A DNA stretch of 39,619 nt from a virus. Lineage: Duplodnaviria > Caudoviricetes. The position numbers and the translations under genes were made by a program. Below are positions 27,352 through 34,741 of the stretch, in pieces; within the stretch, counting starts at the first letter, position 1; each line of letters starts with the position of its first letter. The notes beneath the pieces were generated by a model. That model had not been told where the DNA came from, did not search any database, and saw nothing but the letters and a program-made list of their open reading frames with translations. Location: IMG/VR virus record IMGVR_UViG_3300027956_000020, positions 1-39,619 of that record; one strand, written 5' to 3'.

Positions 27352-27771
27352 ATGAATGCAAAAACCATACTACGTAACATGAAACCCGGGGATCAGGTAC
27401 GCGTCTCTGACGCACTGGTTTCCGAATCCGAACGAATGGGTGGATTCGCGGTCGAGGGCAACTACCTCGTCTGCGTGAACGACCCGAAACGCAACGACGC
27501 GCCCATCATCTTCGGCGCCGACGGTTATCGTAAGGGATTCAGCTGGATCAAAAACCTCCCGCCTGTCGGGTGGACCGGAACGACCAGCGAACTCAAGGCG
27601 GCCGTTGGTGACGCTGAAACACTCACCTCCTTCGGTCGTCGTCTCCGCATCTTCAATGAATCCACTGGATGCCTGGACCGAATGACCAAGTGCTCCACCC
27701 GCCCATGGCGCGTCAAGGAACATCCGGAGGATTACGACCTCTTCGACACCTTCATGAAGGATCCGCAGTGA
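27352..27771 (+). CDS. Hypothetical protein, 139 aa
   Basis: Clean ORF after the promoter; 'WTGTTSEL...SFGRRL' resembles the winged-helix-like tail of the primase (WRGTAADL). Confidence 0.65.
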   Translation: MNAKTILRNMKPGDQVRVSDALVSESERMGGFAVEGNYLVCVNDPKRNDAPIIFGADGYRKGFSWIKNLPPVGWTGTTSELKAAVGDAETLTSFGRRLRIFNESTGCLDRMTKCSTRPWRVKEHPEDYDLFDTFMKDPQ

Positions 27772-28124
27772 ACATCCTCACGCGACTCATGCGCCTTCAA
27801 GCAGGTGGAGGAATCCACCGTGACGCACACGATCCCGCTGTCTGGGAGCGCGCCGTTGCGATCGCCGAGCACCTGCCGCACCTGGAGATCACCGAGTTCT
27901 CGATTACAGCCAATTCCATCTGCCCGAAGATCCAATCCGTCATCGCCAACGAAGGTCGCGAAATCGACTTCCCAAACAGCGGCGAGTACACCATTGAAGA
28001 AATCTGGCTCGCTCAACCAGAGCCTCGTCTGAAGTTTGATAGGTTCGAGGTCCACATCAGGAAATTCGCAAGATTCTTCCCGCAACTGGTGAAGAAACGC
28101 GGAACCACCCTGATTTTCAAATAA
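27768..28124 (+). CDS. Hypothetical protein, 118 aa
   Basis: GTG 27768 (GTGA overlap); ends just before a terminator. Confidence 0.6.
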   Translation: MNILTRLMRLQAGGGIHRDAHDPAVWERAVAIAEHLPHLEITEFSITANSICPKIQSVIANEGREIDFPNSGEYTIEEIWLAQPEPRLKFDRFEVHIRKFARFFPQLVKKRGTTLIFK

Positions 28125-28520
28125 ACGCGTAAACACACCCCCTTTGAGTAGGGGGTTTTTTGTAGGGTAAATGAGGGGTTTGACGATATCCCCCTACTGC
28201 GTTTTTTTGCCTCATTCTTAAGGCTTTCAGGAAGAATCAGAGCATGATTTCTGATTTTCAGAGGAGTAGTAGGGGGGTGCCCCAAACTTATTCGTTCCCC
28301 TATGCACGATGTTATGTGGCTTGGTTCTGAAGCGGCGCTGCACATAAACCTGCACTAGGGAACCATTAAAGCATGGTTTAGCTCTATTACCCTCTACTAA
28401 GAGAACAGAAAAGCCTAAGGATCAGGGCAAAAACGCAGGGTGAGGATCTGGATATACCCCTATGGTATCCCTATGGTAGCCCCTTCTAATAAAGCGTTCT
28501 ATGTCGGTTTGGAAAATGGC
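28125..28520. other. Putative replication origin (AT-rich, iteron-like repeats)
   Basis: Non-coding, AT-rich, downstream of the primase; AGTAGGGGG at 28147(+), 28190(-), 28268(+); CCCTATGGTA twice at 28458/28469; GC skew flips here. Confidence 0.55.
28137..28161 (+). terminator. Intrinsic terminator of the replication operon
   Basis: ACCCCCT-TTGAGT-AGGGGGT followed by TTTTT. Confidence 0.65.
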
Positions 28521-28711
28521 CTAGGTATTGGAGAGGGGGTCCCATGCAAACCGGTCACCGGCCCGGGCCCCCACCCCCGGCACCCCGTGGGGACGGTCCC
28601 GCGCCAAAGGAATCCCTTAAACGTGCCCGCGCCCGCGCCCGCCCTCAAGGCACCGTGCTAGCACGTCGGCCATTGGTGCTGGTCGGTGCTAGCAGATGAA
28701 ATAGCGGCGGG

Positions 28712-28748
28712 GGTCTCGGGAGTTTCGGGAGTTTCGGGAGTTTCGGGG
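28712..28748 (+). repeat. 9-bp tandem repeat (GTTTCGGGA) x ~4
   Basis: gtctcggga gtttcggga gtttcggga gtttcgggg. Confidence 0.85.
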
Positions 28749-28788
28749 TCGAGCACCAGGGCGACGTGGTCCGGTGCTGGCATCTGGG

Positions 28789-29127
28789 TCAACCGAGATC
28801 CGGAGGGGCGGCCGAGGGGGAAACGTCGAGGATCGGGGCGGAGGGGCGCTTTCCACCAGATGCCAAAGCCGGGCGCTTGGTCCACCCAATCAATTCCAGC
28901 ATCTGAGCCTGAACCGAGACCAGTGCCTTGGTGGCGGCGATTCGATCGGCAGCGGGGAGATTGAGATCGGAGGCGAGGTCTTCCATGTCCCGAGCCGAAC
29001 GGCGCAGGCGCAGCGCCATCTGGCCTGGCTCCGAGGCCCGAGCCAAAGCCAAAGCCACTCCAGACCTGCGCGCCCTTCTGGGCAGGCTCTTCCCATCCTG
29101 CGGACCGTCGAATTTATCCATGAGCAT
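28789..29127 (-). CDS. Hypothetical protein, possible terminase small subunit, 112 aa
   Basis: Helical core with a 'DRIAATKAL' motif and Pro-rich tail (PILDVSP), followed by G/C-run-rich DNA; the function is a guess. Confidence 0.4.
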   Translation of the reverse strand: MLMDKFDGPQDGKSLPRRARRSGVALALARASEPGQMALRLRRSARDMEDLASDLNLPAADRIAATKALVSVQAQMLELIGWTKRPALASGGKRPSAPILDVSPSAAPPDLG

Positions 29128-29178
29128 ACACTCATATTGTCATGGACTCATGGAGAATGGCCACCCAAAAACGAGGTA

Positions 29179-29207
29179 TTGACACGTAAAGCGTTCTATG
29201 CAAACCT
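29179..29207 (+). promoter_or_regulatory. Promoter of the rightward early operon
   Basis: TTGACA (29179)-N17-AAACCT, upstream of ATG 29221. Confidence 0.55.
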
Positions 29208-29220
29208 ACGGCTCCACAGT

Positions 29221-29337
29221 ATGAAAAACGAACGCAACGAACGACTGAAAGCGGCCCTGATTGTGGCCGCGATCCTTACCACGGCGGCGCTTCTCGGGGC
29301 GCTGGAAAATGCCGCCGGCTTCCTGCCCAACCATTGA
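29221..29337 (+). CDS. Small membrane peptide, 38 aa
   Basis: MKNERNERLKAALIVAAILTTAALLGALENAAGFLPNH; first ORF after the promoter, 3 nt before the next ATG. Confidence 0.55.
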   Translation: MKNERNERLKAALIVAAILTTAALLGALENAAGFLPNH

Positions 29338-29340
29338 TTT

Positions 29341-30408
29341 ATGAACTACGACACTATGACCGTTCAAGACCTCCGCACCGCTTGCCGGGAGCGGGGGATC
29401 GGCTCCGGAACCCTGATCGCCGGCGCTTCAAAGGCTACGCTGGTTGAGGCTCTGACCTCGGGCCGTTGGCCGCAATCTGCCGGGCCTTCCCCAGATGCCG
29501 CTCAGGCGCTGGCTCAGGCGCTGGCCCTGATGATGCCGAAGCAGGGGATCGATGAGGACCGAGTGCGGGCCCTGATTCGCGAGGAGGTTCCGGCTCCGCG
29601 TGAAATCACGGTCCGGATCGACGGTGCCCCGGCCGTGACGATCGGCCGCCAGCACTGCCGGTTCCCGTTGCTGCTTTCGGGGGTTGCCGCTGGCGTCCAC
29701 CTGTTGCTGGTTGGCCCGGCCGGGACCGGGAAGACTTCGGCAGCTGCCGCGACGGCGAAGGCCCTCGGGATTCCGTTTGAAGCGATCAGCGTGGGCCCGC
29801 AGACGTCCAAGTCGGACTTGCTGGGGTTCGTTGACGCTGGCGGGACGTTTCATGACACGCCGCTGGTCCGCGCTTTCCGCGACGGCGGGCTGTTCCTGAT
29901 TGATGAGATGGACGCCGGGCACCCGGGAGTTCTCACGACGCTGAACGCCGCACTGGCGGGCGACTGGTTGAGCACGCCGGCCAGCATGATCCCGAAGCAC
30001 GCCGGGTTCCGGTGCGTGGCATCGGCGAACACGTGGGGCTCTGGGGCCTCCCGGGAATACGTGGGGCGGAACCCGCTGGACGCCGCGACGCTGGACCGGT
30101 TCGGCGCTGTCGCGTGGCCGCTGGATGAGAGTCTCGAAGCGGCGATGGTGGGCGTGCCTGAACCCGAGACGGCGTTTGACCTCGGGGCCGGCGGGACGAT
30201 GGACGCGGCCGCGTGGCTCGCCCGGGTCCGGTCCGTGCGGGCGAGCGTTGAGAAGCAGCAGGTGCGGGCGGTGATCAGCCCCCGGGCCGCGAAGGCCGGC
30301 GTGGCGCTGTTCGCCGCCGGGTGGGGCCGGCAGTGGGTGGAGGAAGCGATCCTCTGGCGCGGGATGGCGGCCGATGCCCGGGCCCGCGTGGAAGGGGGTA
30401 CCCGATGA
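29341..30408 (+). CDS. MoxR/CobS/CbbQ-like AAA+ ATPase with N-terminal SAP/Rho-N-like helix pair, 355 aa
   Basis: GPAGTGKT, FLIDEMD, 'FRCVASANTWG...YVGRNPLDAATLDRF', ISPR; N-terminus YDTMTVQDLRTACRERGI...KATLVEAL. Confidence 0.9.
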   Translation: MNYDTMTVQDLRTACRERGIGSGTLIAGASKATLVEALTSGRWPQSAGPSPDAAQALAQALALMMPKQGIDEDRVRALIREEVPAPREITVRIDGAPAVTIGRQHCRFPLLLSGVAAGVHLLLVGPAGTGKTSAAAATAKALGIPFEAISVGPQTSKSDLLGFVDAGGTFHDTPLVRAFRDGGLFLIDEMDAGHPGVLTTLNAALAGDWLSTPASMIPKHAGFRCVASANTWGSGASREYVGRNPLDAATLDRFGAVAWPLDESLEAAMVGVPEPETAFDLGAGGTMDAAAWLARVRSVRASVEKQQVRAVISPRAAKAGVALFAAGWGRQWVEEAILWRGMAADARARVEGGTR

Positions 30409-31226
30409 GCCAGTGGACGCGAGTGGGGACGACGGCGGACGGTCACGCTCATTGGGTCGCCCGGTGCGCGACGGCGGCGGAGTTCCTGAACCCGCCCGCC
30501 CGGCTCTCGGACTGCCGGGAATCCGAGGCGACGGACGATCCCCAGTGGCGCGGATCGGCGACCTACCTGCACGGGGAGGAACTGATCCGGGCTGGATGGC
30601 CCGATGGCGCGGCGAAGGCCCGGGAGATGGCGGAGAAGCTGGACGGCGTGCTAGCGGCGGCCGCCCGACAGGACGCGTTCCGGACCGAGTGGGACGTGGC
30701 CGGCGAAGAGCCAGACGTGGCCCGGTTTCTGGGTGGCGATCCCGAGTGCATGGCGGCCAGCGTGCCGGTGCCCGCCGAAGGCCCGGCCGGGACCGTGGTC
30801 AGGTTCGCCGTGAAAGGCGGCGGTTCGGCAGGGGTTGCCGGCGAAGTGTTCACGCGGGCGGCCGTCCTGATCGCGGCGGCCGTGGATCGCGCCGAAGCGG
30901 CCGGACGCCGGGCGGAAGTCTGGGTGTATTACGCGGCGAAGTTCGGGCCTGAACTGGCGGAGACGTGGCACCTGCTGAAGGCGGCCGAGGATCCGCTGGA
31001 CCTCCCGAGGATGGCCGCCGGGATGCACCCGGCCGGGTTCCGTCGCATCGGGTGGCGCTGGCGGGAATCCCGGGCGTGCCTGAAAGAGTCGCACGGTTAT
31101 GGGCGGAGCCAGACGACAGAACTGCCGGCAGAGCCCGGCGAGGTCCGACTGGACGCCGTGCAGGTTGGGCACCTGTTGCGGGGCACCGAGGCCGCTTGGC
31201 TGAAGGGGTTGGGGCTGAGTGCCTGA
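30405..31226 (+). CDS. Degenerate vWA-like partner of the AAA+ ATPase, 273 aa
   Basis: ATG 30405 (ATGA overlap); 'DVAGEEPDVARFLGGDPECM', then a beta strand + GGSAGV, 'HPAGFRR', 'GYG'. Confidence 0.7.
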   Translation: MSQWTRVGTTADGHAHWVARCATAAEFLNPPARLSDCRESEATDDPQWRGSATYLHGEELIRAGWPDGAAKAREMAEKLDGVLAAAARQDAFRTEWDVAGEEPDVARFLGGDPECMAASVPVPAEGPAGTVVRFAVKGGGSAGVAGEVFTRAAVLIAAAVDRAEAAGRRAEVWVYYAAKFGPELAETWHLLKAAEDPLDLPRMAAGMHPAGFRRIGWRWRESRACLKESHGYGRSQTTELPAEPGEVRLDAVQVGHLLRGTEAAWLKGLGLSA

Positions 31227-31314
31227 CCAGCGCCGGGGCGTCCCTGCGGGGGCGTCCAACGCTGGCCAGCACGGCCGCACGGTTCCGGGCCGAACCCGGG
31301 TTTGAAAGGCAAAC

Positions 31315-31953
31315 ATGAATCAGACGACAGAACAGGACCCCCGAAACATCCTCGCCCGCTCACTCCGCATCGATCCAGTAGCGCGCACGGTGACCCGGGG
31401 AATGGATAGTTGGAACTCAGCGCTGGAGTGGATCGGCGCTGACCTGCTGGAGCGGGTTGGGTGCGGGGAGAGCGTTGATTGCTGGATTGATGAAGAGGGG
31501 GCCTTGCGCGACGGGCAGACTTTCTGGGTGCTTGGCGAGGGCCAGATGATCGCCGGACGGGCCGTTATGGTGGGCGGGACGGGCGGAGAATGGGTCGATC
31601 TGCCGGTGCCAACCTGCGTCGCCGCAGCTGCGGTCCGCTGGGTTCCGGAGGCGTTTGCCGGGGTTGCGCAGGAGATCGCGGACAGTTCGCGGCCGGTCGC
31701 GATTGCGTGGGACGCCGACGGGATGGCGAAGCTGGAGCGGATCCAGCGGGAATACGCCGGCCGGGTTGAGTTGCTGGCGGTGGCGTCCGTGACCGCGGTG
31801 CTGACCTTGGAACTCGGGGACGCGGTGACTGACGGGCTAGGCCGGTCTGGGTTCGTGGAGGCGATCAACGGGGATCGGGTGACGGTGCTGTACGTGGACG
31901 GGAAACGGAAACACGCGATGGCGGACCTGAAGCTGATCGACATGGTTGACTGA
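31315..31953 (+). CDS. DUF3846-like protein with C-terminal SH3/KOW-like domain, 212 aa
   Basis: IDP...IGADLLERV...CWIDEEG...IAGRAVMVG; tail LGDAV...GFVEAINGDRVTVLY. Confidence 0.6.
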   Translation: MNQTTEQDPRNILARSLRIDPVARTVTRGMDSWNSALEWIGADLLERVGCGESVDCWIDEEGALRDGQTFWVLGEGQMIAGRAVMVGGTGGEWVDLPVPTCVAAAAVRWVPEAFAGVAQEIADSSRPVAIAWDADGMAKLERIQREYAGRVELLAVASVTAVLTLELGDAVTDGLGRSGFVEAINGDRVTVLYVDGKRKHAMADLKLIDMVD

Positions 31954-32028
31954 CCCGGCGGCGCTCTGAATGCCAGCGGAGCGCCTGCGGATCGGTCCCC
32001 AGTAAGGACTGGCCGAGGAAGAAAACGA

Positions 32029-32304
32029 ATGAAGACAGAACCGAACTGTTACGATGCGGCATTCGCGGCTGCGATGATCGGGCACCGGATGCCTGACTGT
32101 AAGCTGAACACAATCACCCGGGCCGCGCTGGCTGGGTGCGCGATCGCGGAAGTCGAGGCCGAGGGCCTGATTCCCGAGGGCGGTTACGAGCCGTTGCTGG
32201 ATCGGATCGCGGAGCGCCTGCAACAGGTGGACTGGCCGGGAGCCGGGGTGACGGTATCGCAGGGAGTGCGGAACGTGCTAGCAGGAATGGGGGTGGCGAA
32301 GTGA
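32029..32304 (+). CDS. Hypothetical protein, 91 aa
   Basis: Preceded by GAGGA; GTGA overlap downstream. Confidence 0.6.
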   Translation: MKTEPNCYDAAFAAAMIGHRMPDCKLNTITRAALAGCAIAEVEAEGLIPEGGYEPLLDRIAERLQQVDWPGAGVTVSQGVRNVLAGMGVAK

Positions 32305-32645
32305 GCGCTCATGCTGCCGGCCCTTGGAAGGTCGTACCGTGCCCGATCCATGCCGGGAAGCATCCGTGCCATGATGCGCGCTGGATTATGACGGCCGATG
32401 CCAACGTGGAAATGTCGGACTACGTGCCGAATGATTGGGCGCTGACTCAGGGGTCGATCGTTTGCCAGATGCGGGATGGCGACCCGCGAGACGCCCACCT
32501 GATTGCAGCTGCGCCTGAGTTGCTGGAGGCGCTGGACGGAATCCTCCAGTGGTGGATGGAATCGGACGGCGGGGACGATATGCCTGTGGACCTGTTCGAT
32601 CGGGCTGAGGCGGCGTTGAAGCAGGCCCGGGGAGGTGGCAAGTGA
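32301..32645 (+). CDS. Conserved phage early protein (GPW...LIAAAPELLEAL family), 114 aa
   Basis: GTG 32301; MSAHAAGPW...DAHLIAAAPELLEAL. Confidence 0.75.
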   Translation: MSAHAAGPWKVVPCPIHAGKHPCHDARWIMTADANVEMSDYVPNDWALTQGSIVCQMRDGDPRDAHLIAAAPELLEALDGILQWWMESDGGDDMPVDLFDRAEAALKQARGGGK

Positions 32646-32908
32646 CCCTCTCAAAATGCACCCTTGCCGTGATCCTTGCCGCTCAGGCGTCGCGGGGATC
32701 GGGCCGGCCGGCGATGGATATCGTCGTGGACTGCCTGATGATCGCCCGAACCTGCGACCGCCTCGGGATCGGAATGAGTCCGGAGGTCGAGACGTTTCTG
32801 GCCGGCTGCATCCGGGTCCGCGCCGAAATCCTGAGTCGCGATGCGGCCGAGGATCTGGTCAAACTCTGTATTGACTACTACGCAAAACGCTCTGCGGAAT
32901 TGAATTGA
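32642..32908 (+). CDS. Hypothetical protein, 88 aa
   Basis: GGAGG SD and GTGA overlap. Confidence 0.6.
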   Translation: MTLSKCTLAVILAAQASRGSGRPAMDIVVDCLMIARTCDRLGIGMSPEVETFLAGCIRVRAEILSRDAAEDLVKLCIDYYAKRSAELN

Positions 32909-32911
32909 TTG

Positions 32912-32956
32912 TCAGGGTTTTAAGACCTCAGGGTTTCAAGACCTCAGGGTTTCAAG
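32912..32956 (+). repeat. Three tandem 16-bp direct repeats TCAGGGTTTYAAGACC
   Basis: Units start at 32912, 32928 and 32944 (third truncated to 13 bp); intergenic. Confidence 0.9.
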
Positions 32957-32998
32957 CGCGACCCTCTGCGTGACAGGCCGCGGGTCTGGCTTGGAATT

Positions 32999-33388
32999 AT
33001 GAAAGCCCAACTACTAGCAGCACTGATCGCCGTGGAAAGCGGCGGGAACGACATGGCTCGCGGCCGACATGGGGAGCTCGGGCCTTTGCAAATCCAGCCG
33101 GCCGTCGTCGTTGATGTCCGGAGGATAACCGGCCGACGGTACGCCTGGGGCTCGATGACCAATCGGGTGCTAGCATCCGAGGTCGCCCAGGCCTACCTCG
33201 GGCACTACGCCACGGAGGCCAGGATCGGGCGGCCCGTGACCGACCAGGACCGTGCCCGGATCTGGAACGGGGGCCCGGACGGCTGGCGGCGCAGGCGCAC
33301 GGCGGCGTACTGGAAACGAGTCGTCGCAGCGATGCGGCGGATGGATGAGCAACGAGTCGTTGCAGTGAAGATTTCCCCGCGCCAGTAA
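32999..33388 (+). CDS. Lysozyme-fold muramidase/transglycosylase, i-type (destabilase)-like, 129 aa
   Basis: ALIAVESGG (catalytic Glu), GPLQI, ARIWNGGP-x-G...T-x2-YW-x-RV. Confidence 0.8.
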   Translation: MKAQLLAALIAVESGGNDMARGRHGELGPLQIQPAVVVDVRRITGRRYAWGSMTNRVLASEVAQAYLGHYATEARIGRPVTDQDRARIWNGGPDGWRRRRTAAYWKRVVAAMRRMDEQRVVAVKISPRQ

Positions 33389-33412
33389 CGCGGGAACGGA
33401 AAGAAGACAAAC

Positions 33413-33721
33413 ATGGAATACGAAACGGAAAACCTGACCTTCGGGCAGGCGCTTGAGGCCCTCAAGCAGGGAAAGAAAATTCAACGCAACGGCTGGAACG
33501 GCAAAGGGATGTACCTTTGGCTTCTTCCTGCCTTTTCGGTCCCAGCTGCGTGGTGCAAGGAGCCACACTTGAAGGCGCTGGCTGAAGAGAACGGTGGAGA
33601 AATCGAGTGCCTTGGATCCATCCGGATGTACACGACGAACGCTGCCGGCCGTCGCGCTGTGTTGACTGGGTGGCTGGCGTCTCAGACTGATATGCTGTCG
33701 AACGATTGGAGGATCATCTAA
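33413..33721 (+). CDS. DUF2829 / Tad2-family putative anti-defence nucleotide sponge, 102 aa
   Basis: FGQALEALKQGKKIQRNGWNGKGMYLWL...GWLASQTDMLSNDW. Confidence 0.85.
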   Translation: MEYETENLTFGQALEALKQGKKIQRNGWNGKGMYLWLLPAFSVPAAWCKEPHLKALAEENGGEIECLGSIRMYTTNAAGRRAVLTGWLASQTDMLSNDWRII

Positions 33722-33722
33722 C

Positions 33723-34079
33723 ATGGAAACAGAGAACCAACCAAACGAGGAGGCCCCACTGGTGCCTCCCGCAGTCAGTCAGGCCGCATCGGCCTTGGGT
33801 CGTCGCGGTCGCGGTCGAGCGAAGACCATCACCGATGAGGATCGCCAGCGGCGCAGTGACCAGATGAAGGAGATCAACGCCAAGCGCGTGGTCCGGATTC
33901 AGGGCGTCGTGGTGAACGGCCCCCGTGGGAATACGACGATCCCGCAGGCGGTGAAGACCCCGCTGATCCAGCCGGTGACCAACCCGGCGATCGTGGATTC
34001 GATCAACCGCGCCTCGCAGACCCCGCCGCCTTGGCAGGGTGAGCGTGTGGCCCGGGTGCAGGGAAGGAGGGTCGAATGA
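33723..34079 (+). CDS. Hypothetical basic protein, 118 aa
   Basis: AASALGRRGRG...T-x4-QRRS motif; operon packing. Confidence 0.6.
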   Translation: METENQPNEEAPLVPPAVSQAASALGRRGRGRAKTITDEDRQRRSDQMKEINAKRVVRIQGVVVNGPRGNTTIPQAVKTPLIQPVTNPAIVDSINRASQTPPPWQGERVARVQGRRVE

Positions 34080-34270
34080 CCCGGAAGGTGACCATTGAGA
34101 TCACGGACGCCGATGGTGGGTTTCACCTGTCGATCGACGTGCAGCCTCCCATCCCCGAGGATGGCACCGTACCTGAGCCGTCTGCCGCGTTGATCGCTGG
34201 CATGGTGGCACGGCGTGCGATTGAACAGCTGGTCCAGCAGCAGATGGGGGTGAAGAGTGAAACGAATTGA
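34076..34270 (+). CDS. Hypothetical protein, 64 aa
   Basis: AAGGAGG SD and ATGA overlap. Confidence 0.65.
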   Translation: MTRKVTIEITDADGGFHLSIDVQPPIPEDGTVPEPSAALIAGMVARRAIEQLVQQQMGVKSETN

Positions 34271-34559
34271 GATCGCCCGCCGGGTGTCCGAGGAGTGCGG
34301 CCTGCTGGTTCCGCACGCGAAGCAGGTGGTGGACTGCGTGATGGAACTGATGGCCGAGGAGATCCTGAAGGGTGAACTAAACCTGCCGGATTTCGGTCAG
34401 TTCCAGGTGCGTTGGACGAAGCCGATGATCGGCCGTAACCCGCTGATCCCGGATGTCGAGATCCCGATTCCGCCGAGACCGAAGGTGTACTTCCGACCGT
34501 CGAAGGAACTGGCTGATCGGGTCATTAAAACCCTTGCGGTTGTGGGTAAGAAGAAGTAG
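34257..34559 (+). CDS. HU/IHF-family DNA-binding protein, 100 aa
   Basis: FGQFQV...GRNP...IP...VYFRPSKEL. Confidence 0.9.
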   Translation: MKRIEIARRVSEECGLLVPHAKQVVDCVMELMAEEILKGELNLPDFGQFQVRWTKPMIGRNPLIPDVEIPIPPRPKVYFRPSKELADRVIKTLAVVGKKK

Positions 34560-34592
34560 GGTACCACCGCTTGTAGTTGTTAGGTTGTCACA

Positions 34593-34628
34593 GCCCCTGG
34601 GATCGCGAGGTCTCAGGGGTTTTGTTTT
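34593..34628 (+). terminator. Intrinsic terminator of the rightward operon
   Basis: GCCCCTGGGATC-GCGA-GGTCTCAGGGGT then TTTGTTTT; GNRA loop. Confidence 0.8.
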
Positions 34629-34741
34629 GGGGCGGGCTCTCCCTCCCGGCGTCCAGACCAGGAGAGAGATGAGCCGATACCAGACCGATGGATGGGAAAA
34701 ACGTAAACCACCCCGGCCACGTCGGTTACCCGAAATCGGTG

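Noticed and set aside
28658-28885. 75-aa ORF containing PETPETPET
   Set aside because: Probably a by-product of the 9-bp repeat; overlaps the 28789-29127 gene and has no other coding signal.
32912-32956. Mini-CRISPR
   Set aside because: The repeats are contiguous with no spacers.
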